In this document: in pieces, positions 53,076-64,000 of the stretch | Position numbering within the stretch: position 1 is the stretch's first letter | Layout of the letters: each line of letters opens with the position of its first letter | Assembly (NCBI GenBank): GCA_039621445.1 | Contig: CP154954.1 | Coordinates: 4,268,714 to 4,332,713, forward strand | DNA: 64,000 nt | Direction of reading: 5' to 3' | Source: Euglena gracilis | Lineage: Eukaryota | The notes under the pieces: generated by a model | What the model was told of the DNA's origin: nothing | Seen by the model: only the letters and a program-made list of their open reading frames with translations | The model's database searches: none | Position numbers and translations under genes: made by a program

Positions 53076-56000
53076 AAGGAGGAAACTTCAGGACCGATGT
53101 AGACTCCATTGTCTTTAGGGGGAGAATGAGCCACCCAGACAAAAATGACTAAAAGGGGGCTTTGTTGTAGGCCAGCAACCCAGGTGGAGGCGTAACCAAA
53201 AAAAGCAAGGTCAATGACAACCGAATCAGGGTGTTGATAAATGACCCCCCCCCCCCCGAGGGGGGTCAAGCCAAGAGGCTGGAAAATTTGGGCGGGCTGG
53301 AAAAAGCCGCTGGCTGACCCCCTACAAGGGTCCCGGCCTGGAGCTGAGCCTGGACAACTTTTTCCCGACCCATTTTCGCCCATTTTTGTACCGAAAAGCG
53401 AAAAATCCGTTAACGCCAGCCGCCCTTCAGGTGGCTGGACGTTAAATAAATATCATTGATGGTGGGGAGGGGGGTCCGGGGCTGGAGAAAAGCTGCTGGG
53501 AAAAGGGTGGGCTGGTTGGATCCTCCCGGGTTGTTGGGTCAAATGTTGGGTCAAACGCCCTGAGCTGAATAATAATTAAAAACAACCAAGGAATGAACGA
53601 AAAGTTGTCATATTGCTAAGAACAAAATTCAAAAAAATGCACAGCCAGAATACAAAAACACAAAAAAAGCCAAGCAGATACGATAAAACAAAATATTTTT
53701 CTTTTCTGAAGCACACAACAATACTCCCCACGACAGTAGCTCCCTCGAGCACAGGCAGCCATCTCAAATGCGAGTTGTCACTAAAACCTGCTCTTCCTCC
53801 TATCGAATGATAGACTTTTAAATAATCATTGGCTATAGAAGAACAACTGGACAGCAACAAATGCGTGAGCGAGCAGGGTCATGTTCTGCTGGAAATGGGC
53901 TGGGACGTGCTTGTTTTGATTCGATGGATGGCATTTTTATTTATTTGTTTATTTCCGGAGCCCCTTGCAATGCAGAAAATAAGAATAAGCATGGATGAAA
54001 ACTACAAGAAAATTTACAAATTACGAAGAAATGGGAAAACCGCATTTAAAAATTCAAACTTTCAGGAAAAAATGACATCGATGAACCCATCATTCATTTG
54101 AAGATCGGCAAAAAAGTCACCAAAATGTTCCAAAAATGGTAAAAATGGTCTTCAGCTGATCTTATACACTTCGAAAAGACCCTGAAGTTTGAATGTTATT
54201 CCCATGAGAGTGGGTCCCTTGAATAGTTTCACCCAGCTGCGGGCCACGCCCTGCCCTCCCTCCCCTCTCCCACCTCGACTCCGGGAGCTAACCCAGCCGC
54301 AGGCTTCGTTGCCCCGCCCTTTCTCACCACGACTCGGCCAACAGATTGTGGGTTGGTCACTGTTGAGCCAAGGTGGGCTTGTTGTATGCTTAGCAGTCTT
54401 ACCAGTCTGGATTTTATCACAGCCTGCCTAGCCAGGGCTGGGTAGCCAGGGCTGCTCTCCAGCAAAGACTTGCTGTGGATCTTTTCCCACAACCTTTTAC
54501 ACCCGAAAATGCTTTTTCAAAGAGCACAAATCACAACTTTGGACTTTATTCACAATACCTGAACAATGTTCCCCACCCCTCGAAGAGACACAAGTGAAAT
54601 TGTGTTTTGCCACCACATTAACACCGTTTAACGGGAGACCTGCCCCGAGGTTGGTCGATCTATGGAATCAGTGATGGGAACTGGTGCAGTGTTCGGGACT
54701 GTCAGCCCTCTCCTGGCTGGAAACTTATTTTGCAGGTTTGGTGTGTTTTTCTGTAGAACGAGGACCACCTTTCTGGAACAAAAGCCAGCAAAAATTCTCT
54801 TTCATGCAATTTTCCTGGCATTGAATTCACTTATGTGTGCAGGCAGCCGCACAATCTCCATTACATAAAATCATGTACAATTTTTTTGCATTTTTCTCTG
54901 ACATTATTATGTGTAGTTGTTCTGTTTTTTTTGTAATTTCAGCATTCATTTCACACAACTGTGAGGCCAATTTTTCCGAATTCATCAGCAGGTCGTCTTT
55001 ACCCCTCGGCACTCTCCGGTCATGTTGTCATGTATTCAGCACCGTTCCCTGCGATTTGCTGTTGTTCTCTCAAATGAGCCTCCTGTTATTTTGGAAAACG
55101 GAGGAAATTTGCCGTCTCTGTTTCCAGAAGCCCACCTAGACTGCCCCATAGCACCTCTAAAGATGTTCTTTCAGAAAATACTCAGACAAGCACCGGCTTA
55201 ATTGTGAATGTTTGTTGATGGCAGGAGAAAATTGCTAATCGGATTATTTGTGACAGCTTAGCTGGGATTTTGGCCGGTGACATGCCAGGGTATGCAATCT
55301 TTGTGGCATTGATGTGCTTTTTTTTGCCCCGTATGGCAGCTTTGTAGGCGTCCTGTCTCGCTTTCAATTGCGGATATTTTAGTTTGATTGAAATTGGTAT
55401 TGCAATTGTAAATTCAATAAATTCCCATTCTAATTGTAAGTTAATTGTAATTATAAAATCAGCTCCAGGGATTGTTTTGTATTTTGCTTTGTGGCCAAAT
55501 TGTTAGGCACTGGAATTTCACACCAAGGCAATGCCCTTACCTTTGCAGGACCCCAGGCGAAATAAAAGATGTGCTGGGCTTGGCAACGTTGACCACCCAC
55601 ACCACAATGGTGTGCAACATGCAGTTTTCCAGGATGGGAGCCTCACATATTACCGGCCAATTTTCCTCCAGCAGTGCCCCTGGCCAGGAAATCACTGGAT
55701 GACTCATTTTGCAAGTGCTCCGTGCACGTCGGTACTCTCTGGTTTTTCCTGCGGTGCTTGGCAGCCATGCTTCATCCTTTGCACTCTGACGAAAAAAATC
55801 ATGCAGAATATGGCAGTCAGCCTAGTGATTTTCGGAGTTGGATGTCTAAACTTAAGGGGCAGTTACCCCCATTCCAATGCTCTTTAACAGAAGCTTCAAG
55901 CTATTGGAATTTTTTTGACAGCTTTGGGGTTTTATAAGCGCACCAAAAGCTGAAGAAATCAGCTTGTATCCGTTGATTCCCCAGCATTCCCCTTAAAACA

Positions 56001-58059
56001 AAAGCTTATGATCTCATTAGAGGGAGATGGATACAGCAATGCGGCAATTTCGGTCGCATATATGTATTTTCAAGGTGTATGCATATGTATCCAACCAGAA
56101 AGTTTGCTTTGCAGAATTTGGAAATCGGCTCCCCAATTCTTTGAGGGAAACCTGGCACCCCCCTGGGTCTGAGTTGGGTGCTGCATTGGCTTTTGGTCGT
56201 TTTTTTTTTCACACCTACAGGTTGCCCCCGTTCACAGTCCAGAGCCTCTTCAAATATTTGGCTGGCCTCATAGTCGTGCCGCTCATTTTTTTCAGCCAGC
56301 ACTTTTATGAATATGTTTTTTAATTGGCGGTATTTTTTTAAAAAAAAAACCCACCTTTCTGTACTGTAACCGCTGTTATTGTGGCCCTGTTCCCTAGGAT
56401 CGTCAAGGCTTCGATCATGCTGTGTCATATGCTGCACAAATTGATGGAGCCACACGACCACTGTGGAGGCACGGGTGGGAGTGGAGGGGTTCCTGCCAAA
56501 TGGACCGTGGGTCCCAACACTGCTGTCCGAGCTGGCGGGGCTGGAGGGAGTGGGATGTGCCAGGCGAGGCCAGGGTCATACCGCCTGCTTCTAACACACA
56601 CGGAACAAATCATGTCATTGTTCTGAGTTCTCATTGTTCCGATATTGTTAGCAAGAACTCACCCTATCTCAGTTCTAGTGAATTATATCGCCAAATAATG
56701 GACCCATGGCCGGGGACTTCGTGAATCCAGGAATTTTATGCCCCCACACCGCTGACAGGGAAACCAAAAAAACAACAACCAGAAAAACATCAATTTTCTT
56801 CCAAAAAAAATAACATAGACAACAAACATATTTTAGCAAAAAAAAATGACCAGAACAAAAAAATTGAGGAAATACGAACAAAAAATAAAATGTCAAAAAG
56901 GTGAAAATTCTGGAATTAAATGAAAATGCGCATATCATTATTTCTACTTTGGAAATTTTTAATCAAATGATGAACCTCCCAAATTATATGCCTCTGTCCC
57001 CTGGCTTCGGACAAAATTATTTACGCTTGTCAATATACAGACAGGAGAATCCTGCAGCGGGACATGTCAGCCAGGGAATGGAGGCCAGTGCTAACGGACA
57101 TGAACGGAGATGTCGGTGGGCATGTCCTTGAAGAGCCATTGCCTTTTTGGAATAATAAGGTGGCCGCATTTTGCCTGGCGGATGACTCATGGAACAGTTC
57201 GCACTTTGTTGCAATGCATTTTTGCCAAACGAAATGCGGCAAAAAAAGACAGAAAAAAACTAACAATGCGACACGGTATCATAAACCACCCAAATGGGAA
57301 GACATTCAAAAGTTTTCTGACAGACAACGGCGGTGGATCAACAGTTTGCAAAAGTACTCAATCACACACTGGATTCAATCCAACTGGTCAACCACAGATG
57401 GGGGAGTTGGTCCATTTGTCCATATATCAGAGGAAAGCTAGATTCCAGATGGATTGGACCTAGAATCATCAGAGCCCGGGAGGAAGAGAGGAGTCATGTT
57501 ATTGAACATAAACCCGAGATATTTTGTTGTAAGGTGTTCTCTGTTTAAGGAATACTCACTCAACAAAAGTTGATAAACAGGGGGGTCGATTTTTCTTTCA
57601 ATTTTCAGAATCAATAAAATCCTTCCACGGATATGGAGGGGTACAAGGATCCGGACCAGAGGGGTTCGTGGTGTTCTCATATGCACTAATTTTTTCAAAG
57701 TGTAAACTGGTGACACTTGCTTGTTTTATTTAATAACAATGCTATTTCTTCTGAAAATTTATGTTGGCTGTATGGACTTTGATGGAGTCGTTGAATGCAA
57801 ATTTCTGATTTGTATTTTATGTATTGTTATGTATGGCACGTATTGTCTGGGTCTTGTATTGTCTGGGGTGGCTCTTGGGGTTGCACATTTGTGGAAGCTT
57901 ATAGCATCGGGTTGCATCCGTTTTTGAGGGGTTTTGGGGGTAAAAAAAATACTAAAATTCTAAGCTGCACTCCATGACCCATGGTTCCACGAGGTGCTTT
58001 CAGCCCCTTGTGATTATAAAATAGTTATAAAATGGTGTAGAACCCAACAAATATATCTT

Positions 58060-60010
58060 GGCTTGGAGGCTTGGAGTTCGAATGGTAGTAAATACACCAG
58101 AGCTATCTGCAGCAGCCCTGCCGACTCGAATGGTCAACTGGCGGTGATGGGATTGCAAAAGCTTCAGCTGCCCCAGACCACGGTGCAAATGTGGACCCTT
58201 ACTAATAGCTCTGTGGTTCATTCCGAATTTGTTCTCTAGCCAGCCCAAGGCGGCAAAATAATTGGCCAGAGGTTGAGGAGGGTATATCAAATACAATTCA
58301 AAACAACACGATCATATTTGTGACATTCTCATACATTGTTTGGCCTTCTGGGCTCTGGGAATTTTTGTCACAGAATGTGCCATGCTTTTTTGCTCTTTTT
58401 GCTGGAATTTTTGATGTCTTCAGCCACATTTGGAAAACATGTGCCCTCATTCCAGGGAATATCTTAAGCCAGATCCTTTCCTACCCCCCCCCCCCCCGCG
58501 AGGTGGGGAGTGGTGAAGAAGAGCGAGTGGGAGTGGTGAGGGTGAATGTCAAAAAAACGAAACCGGCCTGGACCGAAAAAAGAAATTGATAAAAAGGGGT
58601 CCAAAATGGCTAATGGCCATTTTCCATTTTTGGTCAATCTTTTGGCTGAATAAGTTGGCTGAATAAACCCCAAAACAGGTGGATTTGGGCTTTTTTTGCC
58701 TTTGGGGTGCCAGCCGGGTCCAGCCCGGCAGCTGATTAGGACCCACCCCACTGGACCACTCTAGGGGGGGGGGGTCCAGCCAGCACTGTTTTTCCAGCTT
58801 TAATAATTGGCAAAATCAACTGCAGTATTTTCATGCAGAGAATTCCTTGAAAAAGACTTGAAGGAAGAAAGAAGATGCATTTCATTCAATTATGAAGGTG
58901 CATTGTCTTTGAAACATTTCTTCCTTTCAAATGTTTTATATATAATTTATCCCCAGAGGTCCAGTTTTAGCCACCCATCAACTTTCAAATAATTTTAGCC
59001 ATTTGAATTCGAAACCAATTTCCCCATTTTGAGCCATCCTTTGAGATTTGCTCCATCTGAGCAATCACACGCAATTCCATCTTGGTGTTCTTACCACTCT
59101 ATAACCACCAAGAAATGGCTTCAACCGGCAAAATTTTGATGGTTTACAAATCACATGCAAATTGTACCATCTCAATCAAAGAAGAAACAAAGCTCCAGCC
59201 AAAAGGGAGGTGTGCAGCCAGGCAGAGGGTGCAGGTGCTTGCTGTAAACAGGGTGCTGGCTGGATCCCCCCCATGAATGGTTCCCCTCCGGCTTAAGACA
59301 ACCCCTGCTTCAAGCACAAAACAAAGGGCACTTTTTATATGAACCTCGGACAAATTCAGATTGGTTGGCCATATCTCCTTGTTTTTGGGTTTCTGAATGT
59401 AGTTGATCATGGAAGAAGACAGAGACCCTAATAGCTGCATTTTTTTCAATCGCTTTTTCCTCTATGCATTATCCTCGTGACATCTTCTTTACACTGACTG
59501 ACTGACAGTTTGTCTGTGGAAATCATCCTGTGCATCACCCTGTGGAGGATCTTCCTGATTAACAATGCCATAATTTTAACTTCATCGATCTTCTTCCTTT
59601 CTTCACGATTCACTTGCTAATTCCCTTCACGATTCACTTGCAGTGCAAACAAGACAAAAAATTCAGAGAATGAAGAGAGGGAGAATGCTTTCACCAAAAG
59701 GGGCGGGGTAGGAAAGGAACAGGGGAGAAAAGCTTCACACTCACTTCCTGTAACTCGGCCAACAAAATTCATATTCGGGAGTGTGGACGCTTCCACAGCA
59801 CGTGCATCACATGTTTCACAGCACCGCGTGCACCGCATGGTGCCGCAAATGCACCACGTGTGGTTCTGTGCCACCATACCTGCAACCACCACAACAGGCA
59901 AAATGAAATGGCTAAAAAGGTTCAAAATTGAAATACTGTTAAAATTGAAAGCCAGTGGCCATAAAATGACTGACAGTAGCATCAAAAATGGTTCAAATGG
60001 GAAAACACAT
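58060..60010 (+). repeat. Dispersed repeat family A copy
   Basis: 58690-59200 closely matches 51770-52310; 59710-60010 matches 4170-4460. Confidence 0.85.
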
Positions 60011-60593
60011 GCAACAAAGCGGGTTGACTGGGTATTCTTGTTGCATCATGCAGTGGGTGCACAGCATAAACACATGCATGGCCCCCCGAGGTCAGGGTCA
60101 TCCCCCCAGTCATGGCCCCTTTTTTGTGTACCATATGAGTCACCTTTTGGCTCCGTTTAATGGGCCCAGCCAGGTGCTTGGGATCTTCTGCCCCGTCACC
60201 GGAATACCACATGTTGATGTACTCATTGCTCACCCTAGCGTTGTCGGTTCCATCCACCCCAATGGCCACCAAATGCTTGCCATCAATCCTACCCAATTTG
60301 GACCCCTTCGCGCGTGAATAACTCGGGCCCAGCGGGGAGTTGGGGTCAAACGGATGTGATTCGGAAACTAGAAATTCAGTCGCTCGCAACTGAAAAAAGA
60401 ATCCGGGAACGGAGCCGGGATCATGGTGATAATCCGCCGGTTCCCTATGTATCCTGCAACCTTTTTTGACCTGATGGAAAGGGTCAAAAAATAACCCATT
60501 GTTGTGCATCCCTCCTGGCATCCCTCTTTGCAGCAATCTTTGGGGCCATAAATCCAGAAGAAGAATCTGTGCATGGAAAACAAATATCTGGTT

Positions 60594-60748
60594 ATCCGGT
60601 GGGATCCGGTGGGAACCCACCAGTCAAATGGTCAAAAAATACCCGGTGGATCCGGTGGGATCCGGTGGGATCCGGTGGGATCCGGTGGGATCCGGTGGGA
60701 TCCGGTGGGATCCGGTGGGGTCCGGTGGGATCCGGTGGGATCCGGTGG
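60594..60748. repeat. (GGATCCGGTG)n decamer minisatellite
   Basis: About 10 tandem units at 60648-60748 plus 2 units upstream. Confidence 0.92.
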
Positions 60749-62924
60749 CTGTCCTTGCCGGCACACAGCCAAATGGTCGCCCTGAACAACCTTACGTTGG
60801 GCTGCAGTGCATGGTGCAAGGAGCACTGTGCCCCACAATTAGGGTCAACACAGGGGATTGTGTCTGGTTCCATACACACGGGGCTCACTGGGTTGGCACC
60901 TCGAGAGCGAAACATGTCCACCACCGCCTCCTTCGACTTCCCAAAAACGGTTTGCAAACATAGAATCATTTCCCAATCCAAATGAAGTCAAAGAAGCAAA
61001 CAACATTGGTCAGTCCATGCCCAAAAAATTTATCCTGGCCCTTGAGACCGTGAGTCAGGCACACGCACATCATTAAAGACCATGGGTTTCCGGTGGTGCC
61101 ATATGCCCTATTCCACTGTGTCGCACCATGGGAAAATGGATGAGAAAGGGACTTCAGTGACGGGTACCCTAATTCCCAAATGCGATAAGCAGTCTTTCAT
61201 GGCATGAGTAAAACGTGGGTGAATGTGCACTTGCGCAAAAAAAAAGGGTCCTGTGCCTTTCTTTAAATTACAGCCCACTCCTGAATTTTGTACTCTCAGG
61301 TGGGCAGGCCACCACCCACGCCAACTCCCCACCGCCTGGCCTGGGTTTGAAACCACACAGTTCAAGGGTAGACCTCCCTGCGAGGATCGAATGTTGTCCG
61401 AGGACGAGGCAGTCCTGGTGCGAAACACAGCAGAGGAGGACCACCACCTGTGGCCTTGCTGGCAACAAACGTCACCCACCACAGAGAACCCTTATTTATC
61501 ATGTACTCAGAGTCGACGCTCCAGCACTGAAAACAACGCCTGGCCGCTGGCCGCTGTGAAGTCCAAGGAAAGCACATATGCACACACTCTCTCCACGCAC
61601 CTTATCCGCAATGGCTGCAGTCAAACATAGCACATTGGGGTGAATGCGCACATGCACATTCCCATCTTGTGTCTCCCCTTAAAGCACGCTGGCAGGAGGT
61701 TGGTGCGAGGGCCATGTCAAACAACCCAGCCCAGAACACAGCCCAGGAGACATACACCCTCCTCTGGCAGCATCCACCAGTGCAATAATGCCTCTAGGGG
61801 TTGCCCTGGCATAATGTTCTGCTGGCACTGGGTTCAGGTGTGCGAGACACAACTCCCCACAACACAGAGAATGTGCACATGTGCACTCCCCCTCATGGAA
61901 TGCACAGGTGCGCACTCTTGTGGATGCCCAGCGTTGCTCCTATCCCGCTCTCTCAGATAGAATCACACCCAGCCAGCGAAGGAATGGCCTCAAGAGTGCG
62001 CATGTGCGCATTCTTGTGCCTCGTGCAACCTTGGACAGGAGCCATTTTGTATCGTTTGTGAGGGTTGTTTGGAGGGTGCTCTGTGGCAAAAAAAAGGGGG
62101 TTGGAGCGGGGTTCCGCTCCGGAGCTTTAGGAACCAGTGGCGCACAGGAAACGCGTACAAACCAGTCCCCCCCCCTCCATACCCAGCACCCCATCCCAAC
62201 CGTCAGACCTAAACACAGGTGGTCCCACATGGTGATGTGCTGTGGTGCCTTTGAGAAGGCGCAGAGCGGACACCGTGCACGCTGGAGGGATGCTATGCCT
62301 GCATGTGTTTTGGAGGGGTGAAATGCACCAAGCCCTCCTTTACAAACACCTGGCATATGTTTAAAAACACCGTCACCCACCACTCTCTGAAATCATACAA
62401 ACCACACAATTAACTGCACACCATCGCCCCCTCGTGCGCTGCTTCCAACGCAGGTCACAGAACCTCCCCTCCACTCTAATCATAGAGATGACGGTACCTC
62501 CTTCCTACAACCACCCCCGGGAGCCACAATAACCGCCCAAATCTTCAGGAAAGGGCGCTGATGAAGATGGGGTGAATGCGACTGCGCATTCACTGGCACC
62601 ACAAAAAGGAAGGGACAGCAACAGGTACAACGGCTTCAACTGACCAAGATTCTTCCTTGTGAAACAGCGTTTGTGTCGCACCCACTTCGCCAGACGGGGT
62701 TTTCCCCTCGGTCGGCAGAGGTGGTAAACCATCATTTTCAAACCGAAAAAAGTCGGTTTACCCAGGAAAAAACCCCGGGGATCGAAAGCAGTGGTACCCA
62801 TTTTCGTACTACGGGTTTCAGTTGGCAGGTGCGCTGCCCCGTCAAGTGATGGCAACACACTTGGTCAAGATCGCGCAAATGCGCAAAAAACCACCAAAAG
62901 TGAAAAGTGCATTCCCGGCCGTCT

Positions 62925-64000
62925 AAGGTGCACCTTAGCAATTTGCAAAAGCCCTGCCAACTTGGATGGCCAACTGGCCGTGATGGGATTGCAAGAGCTT
63001 CAGCAGCCCCAGACCACTGTGCAAATATGGTCCCCTACACGGCTCCTAATAGCTCCATGGTTCATTCCAAATTTGGTGTTCTGGCCACTGGTCGGCTTTA
63101 GCCGGCATATGATGGGACAGAGGTTGAGGAGGGTATGTCAAAACAAAGCAATCATGATTCAACACTGATATTTGTGTACATTCACATACATTTTTTGGCC
63201 GTCAGGGCTCAGGGAATATTGTCACAGAATATGTCAAACTTTTAACTCCTTTTGTCACACAATGTTTTGAATATTCGATAAATTCAATTACTATGACTTT
63301 TTGATGTCTTCAGCCACATAGAAAACCTGAGCCCCCCAGGGAATTTATTAAATCGGATCGCTCAATACCCCCCCACCGAGGGTCCAGCAAGCCAACATCG
63401 TTTTTTCGGCCAACACCTGCCATTTGGAGTTAATTGAATGGAGGACCCCTCGGGGGCACTTTTCTTCCAGCTTCAATGACAGCAGAATCAACTGCAATAC
63501 AGCATTTTCATGGAATTTCTGGAAAATATATGTCGGAAAGAAGATGCATTTCATTCAATTAAGAAAATACATTGTCTTCAAATGCTTTCTTCTCTTCAAC
63601 AGTCAATTTATCTCCAAAGGGCCAGTTTTAGACCTATTTTGGCATTTTGCCATTTTGCCATGGTGAGCCATTTTTTCCTGCAACTTTCAAGTAGTTTTGG
63701 CCATTTGAATTTAAAACCAATTTAACCGTTTTGAGCCATCATTCGAAACTTACTCCATCTGATCAATGGCGCGCAATGTTGGTGTTCCTGTTTTCCCACC
63801 CTTTTACCACTCTGTTACCACTCTATTACCACTCTATCACCACCAGGAAATGGCTTCAACCGGCACTGTCTTGAGGGTTCACAAATCACACGCAAATGGC
63901 ACCAACCAAGGCTCTAGACAAAAAGGAGCTGGGAGAGGTGCAGGTGCTGGCTGGACCCCCCACAAATTGGTTCCCCTCCAGCTTAAGGCAACCCCTGCTT
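62925..64000 (+). repeat. Dispersed repeat family A copy running to the window end
   Basis: 'gtgatgggattgcaagagcttcagcagcc' and 'ggtcccctacacggctcctaatagctccatggttcattcc' are shared with 51090-51190. Confidence 0.85.

Noticed and set aside
60594-60748. GGATCCGGTG array or its ORFs as CRISPR or a repeat protein
   Set aside because: There are no unique spacers; it is a simple minisatellite open in many frames.
60750-62400. Cys-rich, coding-looking stretch
   Set aside because: No sustained frame or recognisable motif on either strand.

Overview
Repeat-dense eukaryotic nuclear DNA, most likely from a euglenid (Euglenida). That assignment is an inference from one frame-restoring non-conventional intron, with CAG at +4..+6 and CTG at -8..-6 inside a 12-bp terminal stem, lying next to GT-AG and GC-AG introns, and from an articulin-like VPV repeat. 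No intact recognisable housekeeping gene, rRNA, tRNA or CRISPR array was found, and most ORFs in the track are spurious. Main contents: (1) many nested non-autonomous DNA transposons, including CAG...CTG elements with 7-8 bp TSDs (hAT-like), TA-flanked pogo/Tc1-like elements and foldbacks; (2) a ~3.47-kb tandem array of about 2.85 copies (9.4-19.3 kb); (3) a frameshifted retroelement-like ORF with a 2A-like GARIGEADHPGP motif (29.5-31.7 kb); (4) a ~900-bp circularly permuted repeat in two places; (5) a ~10-kb GC-rich cassette (33.4-43.7 kb) with two broken intron-containing genes and a recurrent GTTGATTTGCGCA motif; (6) a dispersed 2-3 kb repeat family and long microsatellites. The best lead is that CAG...CTG MITEs with 8-bp TSDs match the 3+5 nt geometry of the non-conventional intron, which suggests an introner-like system. 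Homopolymer-type differences between tandem copies show that the consensus is imperfect, so some frameshifts may be errors.
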